From Mytilus californianus (taxonomy: Eukaryota): a DNA stretch of 64,000 nt. The stretch's first letter is position 1. Each line of letters begins with the position of its first letter. Where the stretch lies: assembly GCF_021869535.1 (NCBI RefSeq), contig NW_026262581.1:17608001-17672000 (forward strand), in the 5' to 3' direction. Shown here one piece after another: positions 61,401 through 64,000 of this stretch. The position numbers and the translations under genes are program-made. The notes under the pieces were generated by a model. That model saw only the letters and a list, made by a program, of their open reading frames with translations, was not told the origin of the DNA and ran no database searches.

Positions 61401-63415
61401 AAGGTAAAAAGTCATACACTTTAGGTTTTTTAAAGATAAAAGGGTAAAATCTTGTCTGAAGTTGTATATATAGTTCATAGTGTGTTTGCAGAAATTTGAT
61501 GCATTCTCTAGATTATATGCCCATATTCATGCAGTCAAACCTATATGGGGATCTTTCCATGTCTTGATTTGGAAAACAGTTGTTAAATTTTGTTTGACGC
61601 GGTGAAATTCGTGGATGGCGTTATAACCACGATAATTGTTACCCCACCAATAATAGTACTATCACAGTATTTCCATTCTAAAGACAGTAAACACCATGCT
61701 ACAATATCTGACTATTGTACAGTGCGCCTGTGTATACAATGGTAAAGTGATCTATTCATTTGTTTGTTTCTTTCGTTTGATTGTTTGTCTGTTTGTTCAT
61801 TAGTACTTTGTATCTAATAAAAAAAAAACATTAGGTATTTAAGGAAACTTAAAGAAATTCTTCTGAATCGGTACACAATAACCTTGTGCACCTATTTTGT
61901 TTTCTGATTAGAATAATTATGTGTTTTCCCTGCACCCAATGCATCTCCTTTACTCAATATTCAGAATCTGCACGTCTGCTAATGTGTATACTATACATGT
62001 ACCATAGTAGGCTGTTAATTTAAACTATAAAAAGTTAAAAAAAAGTGTGAAAAAATCAGATGAAATTACTCAGAAAAATTTATTGTGATAAACAGTAAAT
62101 GAATCTTTGTTATTTATAGGTATGAATTATATGATTTACACAAAACTTTTCTGTTAATAAGAAAATGAAAAAAATTTGGTTATACTAGAAAATTGTTTTT
62201 CTTTCTTCAATTTTGTTCATTATGATGTCATAAATAAATTGTTTAATAGTATGACCTACCATTGGAAGTGTTTCTGTGTTTCGGTTGATATTTTCAACAG
62301 ATATAGTGCAAAATATTCATACTTAATGTTACCATAATTTGGTTTTAATATGTTCATGTTTCAAACAAGAGGCCTATAATGTAAGGTATTACCTTTCCAA
62401 ATGGATTTTAAAATTTTTTTTTTATTTATTACACCAATAAAAATATAAAAAAGTGGCCTTAGTAATAAGATTCAAAATATTTTGTCCAATTGAGATTTCA
62501 AAAATGACATGCATAATCTGAGAAGGAAACTTAATCGATAGGTAGTTAGAAGAAACAGGTTAAGGCAGTAAAGTCTGCTGAAAATTTATATCAACTGTTG
62601 GGAAACCAAAAAATTGCAACATTTCAGTCTACTAATTGCAGTTGTTACATGTACCTTGACCTATGACCTAAAAATTAATAGGTTCTTTTCATCCCAAGGC
62701 TCATTATCCACCAAAAAAATGTATAAACAACTGATTTATGGCTAAAAAATTAATCTAAAACAAAATTGTTAATGGTACTGTGACCTACACCTTTGAATTA
62801 CTGAAATCAATAGGTGGTCTTCCTAATCGCATTGAACATTACCAAGCCAACTTTGGTAAAGATATGCCTTATAGTTATGGTTTAAAATATTTTGTCTGGA
62901 ACCTGAAATGTCGCCATCTGGATAGCTGGCTACGGAATTCCTTTTCCGATTCTGCGTCTGCAGCTTTTTCTGATTAGCCGACAACAGAATCCATCAATAG
63001 CCATAAAAAAAATGTGGACAGTATTATCAGACAAACGGCTCAGACTCAAAAGACAAAACAGCCAAAAAGGGATAATTTGTCCTCTTGCAGAACCTGGTTC
63101 GTGTTGAGGCAAGCTATATCTTTTGGGAAAAGAGTCAATCTGTCAATGATTGGTTGATTGATGGTTGCTTAACATCCAGTGGCAAATATTTCATGCATGT
63201 TCAGGACGTCTATCCGTCAATAACAATGTCATGATCATGAAAAAATCATAGGACCCTATTGACTTTGAATGATGACTTTGAATGATAAAAAACTTGACAA
63301 CAAAAAACATATCAAGCAGATGTTTACGTTTCAGTGATATGCTTTAATTTAATCGTTGAAATGTAATTCTTACCAGCCAAACATCATCAGGTAGCTTTTC
63401 CGAGTTTTGTGTCAT
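58441..63415 (-). CDS. C22orf39: UPF0545/C22orf39 (PANTS; Emi1-like DUF3128) homolog, 4 exons, 139 aa
   Basis: Exons 63415-63374, 60563-60518, 59857-59739 and 58653-58441, all GT-AG and phase-compatible (420 nt). Protein: MTQNSEKLPDDVWLIRECDIYKEEYDTCKSRKGRRHQWYTVGYKLDCSKWEEDYKNCLLYTKSNDIDAANKIITNEKERYFARRKASIANNMWEYRDSPPEDWNKPVPGWENKVSLFKAYNMGKKPIPQEEEKSSCTIL*. It fits the family pattern C..Y..E...C.S / H.YY..G...C..W..D...C / W..R..PP.DW..P.P. Confidence 0.88.
58729..58769 (+). ncRNA. Degenerate minimal hammerhead-like motif (Penelope-type), stem I damaged
   Basis: gagcguuc CUGAUGA cgguaaaucca GAAA A-gcgc-U UC acg: the core boxes and palindromic stem III are present, but the 3' strand of stem I pairs poorly. 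Confidence 0.4.
59235..59435 (-). repeat. Short interspersed repeat (AAATTGAGAATGGAAATGGGG family)
   Basis: Reverse complement of the 2531 and 42200 copies, and more complete. Confidence 0.75.
59460..59675 (-). repeat. Interspersed repeat (GAGATGTGGTAGGATTGCCAGTGAGACAACT family)
   Basis: Ends TTGTCTCACTGGCAATCCTACCACATCTCCTTATTTT, as at ~5330-5368. Confidence 0.65.
60232..60440 (+). repeat. Interspersed repeat fragment
   Basis: CGAATGG..AACAACTGTCA.ATTCCTG also occurs at positions ~35-65 of the window. Confidence 0.45.
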
Positions 63416-64000
63416 TTTCACATGGGCGCAGACATTTTCATTCCATGCGAGATATCGGCACTATACTTTCTAAGTAACGAAAAATCTAGAGCAAGCTGAA
63501 ATACAAAATCTTTGAAACGTTTAATCAAGGGGGTTTTATGACATGACGACGAAACCCTGAACGACAAAGCATCTGCTGCAATGAAGAGATTTTTCGTCTG
63601 CAGTTGTTTTTACTCTCACAACTTTTTCTTGAAGAAATACCATACTCACGTAGTTTTTGTGTCAGATCAACAGCTTTTGGACAAATATTTAAAAGTATAA
63701 TATCTAGTGTAAATCGTTTTCATATTTTTATTTAGTTTTGGTATTGTTTCAATCTGTTTTATTTTAAGTTGATGCGTGAACTAGATTTTTATGATTGATA
63801 TTTGATTTAAGACAAATTAAGTTTATGTCAGTATTGAGTTCCATATTTTGGACTTTTGGGTTTTGTTTATTGATTCCAGGAACAATAAGTTGATAATGCC
63901 TAAGCAATGTTCATATTCTATGTACTAGACAAACACAGCAATTACAAATTAATAGGCCACTTCACGGGGCTAATTTTTTTTACAAAATTGATATGCGTGA

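Noticed and set aside
62930-63112. ORF as the first exon of the minus-strand gene
   Set aside because: There is no family similarity or suitable donor. The 63415-63374 exon (MTQNSEKLPDDVWL|GTAAGA) fits phase and homology.
63540-63720. Start of a divergent plus-strand gene at the window end
   Set aside because: Only short ORFs with no recognisable motif or splice donor; unsupported within this window.

Overview
AT-rich, intron-rich animal DNA, most likely a bivalve of the genus Mytilus (inferred from the repeat families). Three protein genes were reconstructed by hand. (1) An intronless GH29 alpha-L-fucosidase on the minus strand (8315-9685). (2) A complete 36-exon KIF16B-type kinesin-3 on the plus strand (12803-54227; 1335 aa; motor-FHA-coiled coil-PX), which needs one GC-AG intron. 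(3) A 4-exon C22orf39/PANTS (UPF0545) homolog on the minus strand (58441-63415; 139 aa) carrying twin CX9C motifs and a terminal CaaX box. The first 4.2 kb is a decayed CR1/L2-group LINE split by nested insertions. One insertion is a 364-nt retrozyme-like repeat with a structurally complete type I hammerhead ribozyme. Another interruption is a 37-bp minisatellite amplified from the LINE's own RT catalytic region. Introns hold many non-autonomous DNA elements (hAT, PIF/Harbinger, Kolobok-like, TA-TSD MITEs, HINE/Helentron-like elements with 161-bp tandem cores, a foldback). There is one 142-N gap. No rRNA, tRNA or CRISPR array was found. All coordinates were counted by hand and should be confirmed computationally.
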